Of a stretch of DNA of 64,000 nucleotides, positions 32,310-64,000 are shown in pieces; within the stretch, counting starts at the first letter, position 1; each line of letters begins with the position of its first letter. The notes below the pieces were generated by a model. The model was given only the letters and a program-made list of their open reading frames with translations. It made no database searches and was not told where the DNA came from. Source of the stretch: Chrysomallon squamiferum (Eukaryota; Animalia; Mollusca); the NCBI GenBank assembly GCA_012295275.1, contig CM022666.1, forward strand, positions 16,616,001-16,680,000, written 5' to 3'. Both the position numbers and the translations under genes were made by a program.

Positions 32310-35300
32310 CTAACAAAGTTTGTTAAGGCAGCAAAACAGTGTAAAATATTTAAATTTTGTGATGCTTTGAAGGTGTGAGGATCTTGCTGATCTGAACTGG
32401 ACAAATCGACAGCAGATACAACGTTGTCGACAAGTGCAGGCTCAGCTGGAACTGTTGCATGGACAGACAGACACACTGCCAGAACTGGGAGACCAGATAA
32501 CAAGTTTGTTGTCTCATCTTGTCACCAGGTTTTTATATTAACGTACCTAACAGATACATAACTCATATATAAACAGATACATAACTCATATCTAAACATC
32601 TACATAACTCATATCTAAACATCTGCAGTACTCATATATAAACAGATACATAACTAACATATAAACATCTACATAACTCGTATATAAACATCTACATAAC
32701 TCATAAATAAACATCTACATAACTCATATATAAACATCTACATAACTCATATATAAACATCTACATAACTCATATATAAACATCTACATAACTCATATAT
32801 AAATATCTACATAACTCATATAAATATCAACATAACTCATTTATAAACATCTACATAACTCATATATAAACATCTACATAACTCATATATAAATATCTAC
32901 ATAACTAACATATAAACATCTACATAACTAACATATAAACATCTACATAACTAACATATAAACATCTTCATAACTGACATATAAACATCTACATAACTAA
33001 CATATAAACATCTACATAACTGACATATAAACATCTACATAACTGACATATAAACATCTACATAACTGACATATAAACATCTACATAACTGACAAATAAA
33101 CATCTACATAACTCATATATAAACATCTACATAACTCATAAATAAACATCTACATAACTCGTATATAAACATCTACATAACTAATATAAACATCTACATA
33201 ACTCATATATAAACATCTACATAACTTGTATATAAACATCTACATAACTTGTATATAAACATCTACATAACTAACATATAAACATCTACATAACTGACAT
33301 ATAAACATCTACATAACTGACATATAAACATCTACATAACTAACATATAAACATCTACATAACTAACATATAAACATCTACATAACTGACATATAAACAT
33401 CTACATAACTAACATATAAACATCTACATAACTAACATATAAACATCTACATAACTTGTATACTAACTACTGAAACAAATTACGTAAGTGACAAAGTGGT
33501 TGTTTTCGCGCAGCACGTTCATTGTAAGCAAACAGCCGCCACAGGTGCTGAAGAAAGATTCCCGCTTTAGTGCGAGCATCCGTCTGCTGGTCGGAGGAAA
33601 GTTGAATGTGCACATGACAAACCCCAGTGTTAAAGCCAACATAATCAGGTACTTACAAAGTTTGACAGTGTAATAAAGTACTTAGTAAAGTTTGTAATTA
33701 TAATAAAGAGCTCATAAAGTTTGATAGTATAATAAAGTACTTAGTAAAGGTTGTAAGTATAATAAAGAGCTCAGTAAAGTTTGTTTGATAATTATTAAAG
33801 AGCTCATAAAGTTTGATAGTATAATAAAGTACTTAGTAAAGTTTGTAAGTATAATAAAGTACTTAGTAAAGTTTGTAAGTATAATAAAGTACTTAGTAAA
33901 GGTTGTAAGTATAATAAAGTACTTAGTAAAGGTTGTAAGTATAATAAAGTACTTATAAAGTTTGATAGTATAATAAAGTACTTAGTAAAGTTTGTAAGTA
34001 TAATAAAGTACTTAGTAAAGGTTGTAAGTATAATAAAGTACTTATAAAGTTTGATAGTATAATAAAGTACTTAGTAAAGTTTGTAAGTATAATAAAGTAC
34101 TTAGTAAAGTTTGTAAGTATAATAAAGTACTTAGTAAAGTTTAAGTATAATAAAGTACTTAGTAAAGTTTGTAAGTATAATAAAGTACTTAGTAAAGTTT
34201 GTAAGTATAATAAAGTACTTAGTAAAGTTTGTAAGTATAATAAAGTACTTATAAAGTTTGATAGTATAATAAAGTACTTAGTAAAGTTTGTAAGTATAAT
34301 AAAGTACTTAGTAAAGTTTGACAGTATAATAAAGTACTTAGTAAAGTTTGACAATATAATAAAGTACTTAGTAAAGTGTGTAAGTATAATAAAGTACTTA
34401 ACAAAGTTTGACAATATAATAAAGTACTTAGTAAAGTTTGACAGTATAATAAAGTACTTAGTAAAGTTTGACAATATAATAAAGTACTTAGTAAAGTTTG
34501 ACAATATAATAAAGTACTTAGTAAAGTGTGTAAGTATAATAAAGTACTTAGTAAAGTTTGACAATATAATAAAGTACTTAGTAAAGTTTGACAATATAAT
34601 AAAGTACTTAGTAAAGTTTGACAATATAATAAAGTACTTAGTAAAGGTTGTCAGTTGTATGTAAATGTTGCAGTGAAAAGCAAGCCCAGGATATTTTGAA
34701 AAATGATATGAAGGCAAAGAATGAGACGAGTGGTGAGATTCTCAACAACACTGGAACCATGGACTACGACTCAGCAACTCGAAAACTTGGCATCACCTTC
34801 CGAAACATGGTCAGTCTCTCACACATGCTTACTTCATAAACACACAGATATTTCATTTGGCTTTTGTTAATAAAATAATGAAATTCTTACAAAAATGCAG
34901 TTAGAAAATAGCTTGTCATTATTACTGATTATTATAAGTAGTTTAATAAGTAAAAGTTTTGAGCAGTTAAACAGTTTTCAGAAAAGAACATGTAATTCAA
35001 GTTTTCTAAGAACGTGTAATTCAAGTTTTCTAAGAACATGTAATTCAAGTTTTCTAAGAACATGTAATTCAAGTTTTCTGACAAGAAGAAAAAGTAGGTC
35101 AGAAACACACACTTGACTGTAAATGTTGTTTTCTTTAAATTCAGCAACTGAAAAGAATCAAACGGACAGATAAGAAAACTAATGAGGTACGCATTTTTTG
35201 TATTCTTTTATCAGTGTAATAAAGTACTTAATAAACTAGGAATCAGTATAATAAAATATAAAATAAAAAGTAAAGTAGTTAAAAATTTAAAAATACTGGA

Positions 35301-35469
35301 AGAAAAAAGTGAATATATATATTTATTTATTTATTTTATATGAAACCTGTAATGTGTAATACTTTGAATCAATGCTTGCTGTGAAAATATCTGATGTACA
35401 TGATTGTTAATTTTTATTTTGTAACATTGATTATGTATATATCCTTTTATTATATTCTTATATTATTAA

Positions 35470-35503
<34 letters not shown>

Positions 35504-36548
35504 TACATTTTTTTTTTTTTTTTTCAGGCAGTTACAGAAGAGAAATTTTGTATTTTTTTCCAGTCAGATTTTCAGCTTGGTGTTAAGGAACTGTTTTTTC
35601 AGGTTTGGGTAAGTTTTAATATTAATTCTGTTATTACATACGTACTTTTTAAGTAAAACTAAAAAAATTTAAAAATAAATTCACATTGCATGTAACAGAC
35701 AGTTTCTACTTTCCCAGCGAAGGAACTTGTTACTGTTAATTTTACTGTTTTGTTCTTGTTAGACACTTTCTCTGCCTGTTGTGGTGATTGTCCACGGCAA
35801 CCAGGAATGTAATGCACATGCGACAATATTGTGGGACAATGCTTTTTCAGAACCAGTGAGTTTTTTACTGTCAGTAACTGTTCTTTTTATTATCAGTATG
35901 TCATAGATGTTTTTTACTGTCTTTAACAGTTCTTTTTTTTATCAGTATGTCATAGATGTTTTTTACTGTCAGTAACTGTTCTTTTTATTATCAGTATGTC
36001 ATAGATGTTTTTTACTGTCAGTAACTGTTCTTTTTTATCAGTATGTCATAGATGTTTTTTACTGTCAGTAACAGTTCTTTTTATTATCAGTATGTCATAG
36101 ATGTTTTTTACTGTCAGTAACTGTTCTTTTTACTATCAGTATGTCATAGATGTTTTTTACTGTCAGTAACAGTTCTTTTTATTATCAGTATGTCATAGAT
36201 GTTTTTTACTGTCAGTAACAGTTCTTTTTATTATCAGTATGTCATAGATGAAATTTTTGCAGTTGTAAGAGATTTTTACTGTAGTAAATTGTAACAGGTG
36301 TTTATTGTCAGTAAATTGTAATATATTTTTTTTACTGCCTGCAGCTTGTATTCCTTGTTTTGACTGTCAGTAAGATTGACATGTTTGGTTTGTCAGAAAC
36401 ATTTTACTTCTTGAACAGCTATTTTTAATTGTAGACAGAAGACTGCTTAGCATTAGAAATAGTTCATTGGGCTTTGGTCCCAAACTCATTAAACAAAATT
36501 GTTTAACACCTAGTTGTATGTACTGAAATTATTACAAAACACTACTAC

Positions 36549-36597
<49 letters not shown>

Positions 36598-37003
36598 AAA
36601 TGTTTTACAGAATTAAAAGGATTTTTTTTCACATTTTTTTATCTTCAGATATTTTTATTAAGATTTTCATTTTAACTTCTTTCAAGTTGTTTCCTCCAGT
36701 ATGAGAAAGCACTACATTTTGAGTGAACATTTCTAAGTTATTAGCCTTTAGGACATTATATTTTTAAATAAAAAAATAAACTGCTGTACACAGACAGATG
36801 ATCTTTCTTGTCATTTTAAATGTTCATTTATTCAGGGGAGAATACCCTTTCATGTACCTGATCAGGTGACCTGGAGTCAGTTGACAGAACAACTTGACCT
36901 CAAGTTCAAGTCCATCACTGGGCGTGGTCTCACACAGGACCACCTCAGTTACCTAGCAACCAAGCTATTTGGTATGTTATGTTAGCAGAGTGTGTGTGTG
37001 TGT

Positions 37004-37073
<70 letters not shown>

Positions 37074-37077
37074 AGAG

Positions 37078-37124
<47 letters not shown>

Positions 37125-38612
37125 GTTAGTACAATGTATTATGAAGATATTTTGGTGAATGTAGGCATGCTTGTGTTTATAGTATATGTTGTTGTGTGTA
37201 AGTATTGTGTCTTTGTATGTAATACATGCACACTGTCATGTTCGTATGTGTTAATGTTATCTTTTATACATTTATTCATTTTTTCATTGACTTACAGATA
37301 GTATTAAAATTAAATGTATTTATTATTTTGTTTTGTGTATTTATTTATGTTGTTGTTGTTGCAGACACACCTGCAAGTGAGGATGTTTCCAATCGAACTG
37401 TCACATGGTCTCTCTTTAACAAGGTATTATTATTTTTTAACTGTAACTTTCAAATTTGTAATTTCAATCTTAAAGGTCAGAGGTTATTTAGATCAGATTG
37501 GTTCAGATCTCCTCCTCTCTTCACACTTCCAGAAATGTTTCATTCTCTGATACTGTTTTTTTGCTCGAGATATACCTTTCTTTGTGATATCAAAAGCTGA
37601 TAAACATTTTCTACTCGTTCTAGTTATTGTTACATTTTTATTTTTTGTGATGATCAACTTTTGCTAATAATAAAATTTATTTTTAAAAATTGCCATATAA
37701 AAAGCTTGCACAATTTGATTTTTTTATGTTGTCATTGGTAAACATGTTAAAAAAAAAATTGAAATGAAAAAAATGTATTAGGTCTTTTTGGTTATTTCAA
37801 GGGGATAAAATCAAAACTTTTAAAATGAGTTTTTTTCATTGCCACAAACTTAATGTTTTATTGTGAAACTTTATTATCATCTAAGGTTAGATATCCCAAA
37901 ATACCCCCCCCATTAATTCAGAGCTCTGTGTTAATTTTATGCATACAGAATGTTTCTTTTGATCTGAAACTTGGTGTTTTAGGAGCAGCTGAAAGGAAGA
38001 CCATTCACATTTTGGGAATGGCTGTATTCAGTGGCAAAGCTAATTAAAGATCATCTGAAAGAACCATGGAATGATGGGTAATTTTCATAGTTTTACATAT
38101 TAGTATATAATTACGTGTTTAAAACATTAAATAACATTAAACTGCTGTTAACTGACTGGCTGTTTTTCTCATCCTCATTGGTTTGGGTTTTCTCTTCAGG
38201 TCTGTGATCGGGTTCATCAGTAAACAGCAGGCACAGGAATGGCTGTTCACAAAACCCAACGGAACATTCCTACTTCGGTTCAGTGACTCAGAGGCTGGAG
38301 GGATCACAATAGCCTGGGTTGATGACAAAGCAAGTGGAAAACAAGGTAACAGTCACATAAATCTCTCTACAGCACTGATTGTATGTTTGGTGTATTCCAT
38401 AGGAGCAATAAAATGTAATGTTTGGTGACTCAGTGAGTCTTCAGAAACCTGTAATTTCATTTGTGCTTATTTTTAGCAATGATTTCTTAATGTTTTTTAT
38501 TTGTTACTATTATTATTATTATTTTTTTTTATTTTTTTTTTGTTGTTGTGTCTTTTGTGTCCATTTCAAAGATCTTATTTTGTTATTCATGTTTTCTTCA
38601 GTTTTTTGTTTA

Positions 38613-38651
<39 letters not shown>

Positions 38652-39021
38652 ATCTATCTATCTATCTATATATATACATTTCAAATATGTTATTTGGTTA
38701 TCTTTGTTGTTTTTGTATTTTTTTTTTTTGTAGTATTGTTTTATCTTTTTCAAAGATGTTATTTTACTGTATATTATCATATATTGTTATTTTTGCATTT
38801 CTTTTCAGAGGTTTGGAATCTAAAGCCTTTTGGTGCTAAAGACTTTTCAATTCGAAGTTTGGCAGACAGGATAAAAGATCTTCCCAATCTCGTTTACCTG
38901 TATCCTGACATTCCTAAAGAAACAGCTTTTGGGAAATATTTCTCAAATAATTCAGGTTTATGTTTATCTTCGGAATTTTGTATTTGACAAATATCTGTCT
39001 TTATAATTAGTCTCATCAGTC

Positions 39022-39064
<43 letters not shown>

Positions 39065-40444
39065 TTAAAATAAATAAATAAATAAATAATTAAATTTAGA
39101 TCTCTAATGTATTGAAGATAATATATATACATTTTAAAGATAAGAATTTTTTCCATGTATTCAAGAAATAATCAAAAAGACAAGATATTTTTACTAATGT
39201 TGTCAGAATTGTTGTCGCCAGTCAGAGACATAATGTTTGTTTATTTCATTCTGATTAAGTTGATCATATGTAACCAGCCAATAGAAAAGCTTGATACATC
39301 TGCTAAGTCAGCCTAGTAGTAGTTGTTACTATAGTTACAAAATGTTCAGCCACCGAAGTTAGGTAACTAATTTGTTAAATTATTTTGTACCTTTAACAGA
39401 GAAAAGCACACCAAATTCAGATGGCTACATAAAACCCAACCTCAAAGTAGTCATGTGAGTGTATTTTATTAACTTCATGTGGAATGAGTAAAATTTATCT
39501 TTTTGAGTTATGTGAGTACTTGAGTAAATTTGATCTTTTTGAGTTATGTGAGTACATTTATTATCTGTGTTTATGTGTAAATTTTACTTGATAGTTTTTT
39601 TTAAGTATATTTGATAATCTTTGTACATAGAAAATATCCAGATAAAATTTAATATAATTCAGTATACTTATCATATTTATTTATTTGTCTTTTTGTTTGA
39701 CTGTTTGTTTGTTTGTTTGTTTGTTTGTTTGACTGTTTGTTTTTTGTTTGTTTGTTTATACATAAACTGCATAATGCCGGATGTTTTGTTGAAAATGTTG
39801 AAATTTTCAAAATAAATTTTGTGTGTTTCAGTCCAGAGCGGTACAATGGTCACACAAACACAGAAATGATGACAATTCCGCAGGTGATGGAGCCGTTTTC
39901 TCCAGCAACATCAGCCACATCAACGTATGACCGATGTCCGAATTCTGTGTTAACTCAGCAGAGCATTGACGAGTATGAACTGTTTTCTGATCACAGCACA
40001 TTTAAAACTCATTAACAGCTTCAGCAAAACAATTCATTTTATTTTCTCTTCCCACTTTTTACATTTTTATTTTTTATCGCTTATTTAATATTTTACTTTC
40101 ATAGGTGTAAGATACGAGTACTCTTTTGATTTACTTACAATCACAGTACTGTTAATTCATTATATATTAATTTTTCTCATTCCAGCCTCTGCTCCATAAC
40201 TTTAAGCCATGTTATGGTGTTATATCTGTGTAACCCATTTTGTGATAGTGTTATTTTCTTCTCTCACTACCTGTAATTAGGTCATAGTCTGTAGACAGGT
40301 ATTTTATTTCTTTGTCACCTGTTTAACTGTAATTTTTTTACTTGCAGGCTGATGCCATATGACAATGATGAGATATTTTCCATTTCAACAGACTACATGC
40401 CTGATGACTTCACACTGAATGACAACCTCCTCAAAATAAGCTAA
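27800..40444 (+). CDS. STAT5: STAT5-like signal transducer and activator of transcription, 21 coding exons, ~784 aa once a +1 frameshift in exon 1 is corrected
   Basis: Exons: 27800-27931, 28242-28398, 29077-29163, 30214-30312, 30726-30807, 31238-31374, 31830-31972, 32373-32528, 33514-33648, 34674-34809, 35145-35186, 35528-35608, 35763-35855, 36836-36971, 37365-37423, 37983-38077, 38200-38345, 38809-38955, 39400-39454, 39832-39972, 40348-40444; splice phases are consistent. Motifs: [88 protein letters not shown]2 [30 protein letters not shown], phospho-Tyr DGYIKP (TAC 39426-39428). Confidence 0.95.
29810..30008. repeat. 27-bp minisatellite in STAT intron 3
   Basis: atgatgtcacagtgtagttgcagtgct repeated ~7x. 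Confidence 0.9.
31020..31215. repeat. 60-bp tandem repeat running into the acceptor of STAT exon 6
   Basis: Lines 31021, 31081 and 31141 are near-identical; a fourth partial copy ends ~22 nt before the AG at 31237. Confidence 0.85.
32548..33465. repeat. 22-24-bp minisatellite filling STAT intron 8
   Basis: ataaacatctacataact(c/g/a)a(t/c)at, ~40 copies, starting ~20 nt after the donor. Confidence 0.95.
33641..34652. repeat. 27-bp minisatellite filling STAT intron 9
   Basis: ataataaagtacttagtaaagtttg(t/ac)a..., ~37 copies; the first unit overlaps the exon end and donor (ataatcag|gtacttacaaagtttgacagt). Confidence 0.95.
34985..35080. repeat. 24-bp tandem repeat x4 in STAT intron 10
   Basis: agaacatgtaattcaagttttcta. 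Confidence 0.9.
35860..36250. repeat. ~49-bp minisatellite x8 starting immediately after the donor of STAT exon 13
   Basis: gttttttactgtcagtaactgttctttttattatcagtatgtcatagat. Confidence 0.93.
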
Positions 40445-40920
40445 TAAGACAACAGACTGACATACATTGACGACTTCCTCAAAATAAGCTAATAAGACAA
40501 CAGACTGTGACATACAGTGACGACTTCCTCAAAATAAGCTAATAAGACAACAGACTGTGACATACAGTGACGACTTCCTCAAAATAAGCTAATAAGACAA
40601 CAGACTGTGACATACAGTGACGACTTCCTCAAAATAAGCTAATAAGACAACAAAACCACTTCCTGATAAGACAACAGATTCAGTGTACAAACCAAAATGT
40701 CTAAGACAAAGACTGTGACCACTTCCTCAAAATAAGCTAATAAGACAACTCTCAAAATAAGCTAATAAGACAACAGACTGTACAAACCTGTCTAAGCTAG
40801 AAGACAAATATCCTTCATACACTGTCAAAATAATCCTGTCCAGAAAGACCACTCTCAAAATACACTGTAAGACAACAAACCTGTCTCCTCAAAATAAGCT
40901 AAAAGACAACAGACTCTCAT
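40420..40920 (+). repeat. ~50-bp tandem array containing the last STAT codons and stop codon, decaying into the 3'UTR
   Basis: tgacgacttcctcaaaataagctaataagacaacagactgtgacatacag; the first copy is the coding end AAC CTC CTC AAA ATA AGC TAA. Confidence 0.92.
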
Positions 40921-41573
40921 CCACTGCAAAAAACCTGTCTAGAAAAACCACTCCCATACAATAAAACAAATATTCTGACAAACCTGAAGAATATCCCATA
41001 CACTGTACAAACCTGTCTAGAAGAATACAAACCTGTCCTGTCCAGAAAGAGACCACTCTCAAACCTTTCTGGACACATCCCTGTCTATTAGAAATGTTTT
41101 GTTGCAAACCTGACTAGAAGAATATCATTACATTGGGAATCTAGAAAAAATTGCTTTTGGACACACCTGTCTATTAAAACCGTTTTTTTAATAATAAAAA
41201 ATTAGACATTTTTTTTAATAATAAAAATGAGATTTTTTTTTTTAAGTAGGGGACTAGATGTTAAAAGTTGTGTTATTAAGTGACAGACAAACAGACAGAC
41301 AGACAGGCATACTGTAGATTGAGACATAAAATTGTAAATATAAATCTGCATTTGTATAACTTTATACTGTACCATGATTATGTACATGGATTTTTTTTTT
41401 TGTCACAGATGTTTTCAAGAGAGTTTTATGTTTATAGATTTCTCACAAAATTCACTTTTAATGTGTTAAATAAATAATCATGTTTGTCTAAACATTTCTG
41501 TATCTGACTTTACCAATCTGGCATTTCAAAATTTCTCAAATCTGGCATTTCAAAAATGTCTCAAACCTGGCAC

Positions 41574-42235
41574 TTTATTTGAGATGTAGTAAATGTATGT
41601 TCTGATGTATTGTACAGTATACTGTTTTATTTGAGATGTAGTAAATACATGTTCTGATGTAACATGTACAGTATACTGTTTTATTTGAGATGTAGTAAAT
41701 ACATGTTCTGATGTAACATGTACAGTATACTGTTTTATTTGAGATGTAGTAAATGTATGTTCTGATGTAACATTGTACAGTATACTGTTTTATTTGAGAT
41801 GTAGTAAATATATGTTGTATGTACAGAATACTGTTTTATTTGAGATGTAGCAAATACATGTTCTGATGTATTGTACAGTATACTGTTTTATTTGAGATGT
41901 AGTAAATGTATGTTCTGATATAATGTACAGTATACTATTTGAGATGTAGAAAATATATGTTCTGATGTAACATGTACAGTATACTGTTTTATTTGAGATG
42001 TAGTAAATGTATGTTCTGATGTATACATGTACAGTATACTGTTTTATTTGAGATGATGGTAAATGTATGTGTTTTATTTGAGATGTAGCAAATACATGTT
42101 CTGATGTAACATGTACATTATACTGTTTTATTTGATGTAGCAAATACATGTTCTGATGTATTGTACAGTATACTGTTTTATTTGAGATGTAGTAAATGTA
42201 TGTTCTGATGTAACATGTACAGTATACTGTTTTAT
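41574..42235. repeat. ~52-54-bp minisatellite, ~13 copies, downstream of or in the 3'UTR of STAT
   Basis: ttttatttgagatgtagtaaatgtatgttctgatgtaacatgtacagtatactg. Confidence 0.93.
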
Positions 42236-45200
42236 GAGCAGGATCAGAAAAGATACCTGATATTTGCAAACTGCTTGTTTTCACTTGATGTTGTTCTGTT
42301 CGGTTGACTAAATCTGCTTCATTGTTTCCTTAGGATCACTGCACTTTCAACTGCAGATAGTAAATTTTATAACACACAGCTTTAGTCACTACAGTGAAAA
42401 TAGAAATTTAACAAACATGAAACATGAAATGCTGGACATGTTAGTTGCTTCAAAATGGGAAAATAAAATGGCTTGTTTTGCCATCATCTTGGGATAGCTT
42501 CAGTGAAAACAAATGCCTTTTTTTTTTATTATACAAGTGTTATTAGTATCTTTTTTAATTTTTTTATTCTTGATAAACAAAGTTTTTAAGTATATTTTTG
42601 TGTATATGCATGTAATTTTATGTTTGTGGATGTGTGTTTGTTTGGGTATGTTTTTGTTTGTGTGTTTGTAGGTGTGAGAGTTTTAAAAGCGTGTGATGTC
42701 ATATTGTTATTAGCAACTAACTAATCAAGAGCTGATGCATTTTGTTTTGTTACAAATGTTTGTTTTTTTTTTTTGTTTTTTTTTTACTTGTTAAGATGGA
42801 GTTTGTATTTAGTGCTGTATAAACAGAGGTAAATAAAATAACAATTGTATTGTGGTGTTTTGTGTTTTACATCCTAATCATTTTATCAGCACTGTCAGCC
42901 ATTTTGAAATAGTTTAATCAAAAGTGTGAAAACTGAGGTGAAACTTCGTCAGCCATTTTGAAATAGTGAATGGAAACACATCACAGTTTAGGCTGACAGT
43001 TTCTTAGCCAGTGCAGTGTTAGAGGATCAGTAAGGCAGGAGAGTGCTAGTCTGCAGCTCTAGCTTTGTGGAAAAGTGCTAGCCTAACATGGAATTTGTCC
43101 CATTTCATTTCTCTGCACTCACTGTTTCTTCTGCAGTTAACATCTTGTGACTAGGTTACGAACAATTGCTATACTTGTCCTGTCTATGATAAGGTATACG
43201 ATCTTTAGCTGTGTAAATATGTCCAGATTAAAAATCAGATAAAAAAAGCTTCTTTGTTCTGTGCTGTAGTTTCAGAAGCTGTTACATAAGATCAACATGT
43301 TAATCACTGAACCACCAAGATATATGTGTGTGTACGTGTAAACTGGTTTCACACAAACACACACACAAAGCCATATAAATGCTTGGAGTTTTGAAAAGTG
43401 ACATTTTCTTTTTTTTTCCTTGATAAACATTTTTATTTGTTATAGCTTTTCAGACTGTTTATCATTTTGTAAATAAAGACCATAACATACTGTTGTTAAT
43501 TAAGTTTTAAAATGCACACACAAACACACACATGATAATAATAATAATAATAACAATTATGTGTATGTTTTTTTTTTAACGTTGATTTGTCAAGTACAAG
43601 GATCACACATCAGTTGTCAGGGCAAAAACAAACTGGCATCTGTCTGTTAGTGACTGCAGAGGTCATTTCAAAATAACATTAACTGTTTTGATACAGATAT
43701 AACACAAAACTGCCACAACTCTGTTAAAACACTCAACACGGCTTGTGGAATAGATTCTGAAGACTGAAATAAACTGAAACAAACTCCTATCAATGCAGAG
43801 GAAATTCGAGTACAACTATTCTTAGATTGAACATATTTGTAGGACTAGTATGGTGGCAGTACTGAATAATATTAAAAACAGATTTAAAGAGAAAAATTAC
43901 TTACATATGACTAGCTGATTTTTACCATTTGTATTAAATTTTTAAATGTTATCAGATTTTTATTTACTAACTGGTAATTTAGCAGATATGAAGACTGGTT
44001 TGAACTTGACAACTAGTGTTTTAGTGCTGTAAGTTTGATAGTTTTGATTTTACATAAAATAACAATAAAACAAAATAATAATAATAATAATAAATAATAA
44101 TAATAAGAAGAAAATAATAAATAAATCAATAATCATAATGAACTAAAATTATTTTACAAAATGCTGATATTTCAGAAGATTCTTGTATCAGGACTTTTGT
44201 GTTTATAGAATTTTTTTCTCTGTTAAATGCGATATAATTTTCCAGACTTTGCAAAATATTCAAAATGTCTGTTTACAATTAAAAATATTCCAGAGAAAGC
44301 AACAGTGTATCTCTAAATAACTGAGACAGTTATAAAATTTACATGGTTATTTTAGTTATGAATATTTATCAAATGAATATGTATGTGTTTTCATATATTT
44401 ACATTTAGCATCATACTTCTTGTAATACCTCAAAACACTTTTAATGACTAAAAGAGAGAAATAGAAATTACAATAATGAAAATAATATAATAATAAATAG
44501 ATAAAATAAAATAAATGAATCTGTGAATAACACTGTATTTAGTAATAATTTTGATGATGATGCTGATAACGATGACGACGACGACGACGATCATAATAAT
44601 AATAACAACAGATTGCAAGGCCATGCACAGAGGGTTAAAGGGTTGCCATGAAAACTGAATCAATTCGAGTTACTGTTATATTAAATGTAGCAATTGATTA
44701 TAGACGAATACTGGAATAGTATTTAATAGCGCATTATAATTAACACTGCAATATTTTTTTCTTCCGTTTTATATATTTAATGTTCCTGTGGCTTACTTTA
44801 CTGACAAAGCCTCTCTATATGATTTGAATGGTTTCAGTCAAAACCGAAAACATTATTATATTTAACTAAATGAACATCCATCTATTCTTTTCTACCGTTT
44901 GACATTTTTGTCACATTAGAGTTATTTCCCTTGTTGGCTTTTTAACGCAAAAAAAACACAAATGTTACAGGAACACACTGATTTATTTTCAGATACGTGG
45001 GACTCACAGATGAAACAGACGACACCGCATTTAAGGCATTTCAGATAAATGGTTCTGATAACATAACTTTTTCTTTGAAAGGTAACAACTGTTTTAAAAC
45101 AACACATAACATGAAGAGTAATGTGTTTATTGCAATAAATAAAACGTAATGCCTATATCTAAGTTTGTTTGTGATAGTCGGACACACTGACAAAAGTGAC

Positions 45201-45430
45201 AGACATTATGATTATGATTACATGTAACATCATAATGACGATTACTGATAATTAATTTACTATAATGTATAATATCACAGTTTGGGCATTAAAATAAATA
45301 AGTTAATAAAAACAGAAACAAAACTAATGACTAGTAATGTATATAACTGTAATTTCTGAGTCTTGTTAATGTAGCTTTATTATTTATATAAGTAATAAAT
45401 TTAATTTCCTAAAATTGGTATAGATGTGTC

Positions 45431-45478
<48 letters not shown>

Positions 45479-45683
45479 TTATCAGAAAGAATATATTTGT
45501 ATTTAATTTCATTAGAGGTGATTAAAATATATTCTGTAATATTATATGATGAATTACTAAAAAATAATTTATTTATTTACTGTTTTGTTTGTTTCAAATA
45601 TATATAGATTATTAAACTTTATGGAGAACATGACAGAATAAGATAAGGATACAGCCATAATCTACAATTTAGAATTTAAAAAC

Positions 45684-64000
<18,317 letters not shown>

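Noticed and set aside
31805-34717. Long minus-strand ORFs (232 and 254 aa)
   Set aside because: Produced by (ATT)n and 27-bp intronic arrays antisense to STAT.
40420-42235. Regular direct repeats resembling a CRISPR array
   Set aside because: Units are contiguous with no unique spacers, there are no cas genes, and the context is a spliced eukaryotic gene.

Overview
AT-rich, microsatellite-dense animal genomic DNA (invertebrate; a mollusc or other lophotrochozoan is an inference). It holds four protein-coding genes read by hand from splice sites and translation: the last two exons of a TNF-superfamily ligand (+, 9001-11006), an inward-rectifier K+ channel with an intronless CDS (-, 21883-23028), a 21-coding-exon STAT5-like gene (+, 27800-40444) and a GCC2/GCC185-like golgin (+, 45684 to beyond the window end) with a decayed Tc1 transposon in one intron. 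The most striking pattern is that more than a dozen unrelated minisatellite arrays sit on exon-intron junctions or the stop codon, and many units are copies of the splice site plus flanking exon bases, some creating in-frame alternative splice sites. Also notable: a +1 frameshift in the first STAT coding exon, paired STAT5 GAS sites at the STAT 5' end, a Kir channel lacking the acidic rectification residues, two GC-AG introns and an apparent CpG-rich/CpG-poor domain boundary. All coordinates were read manually; no database searches were run.
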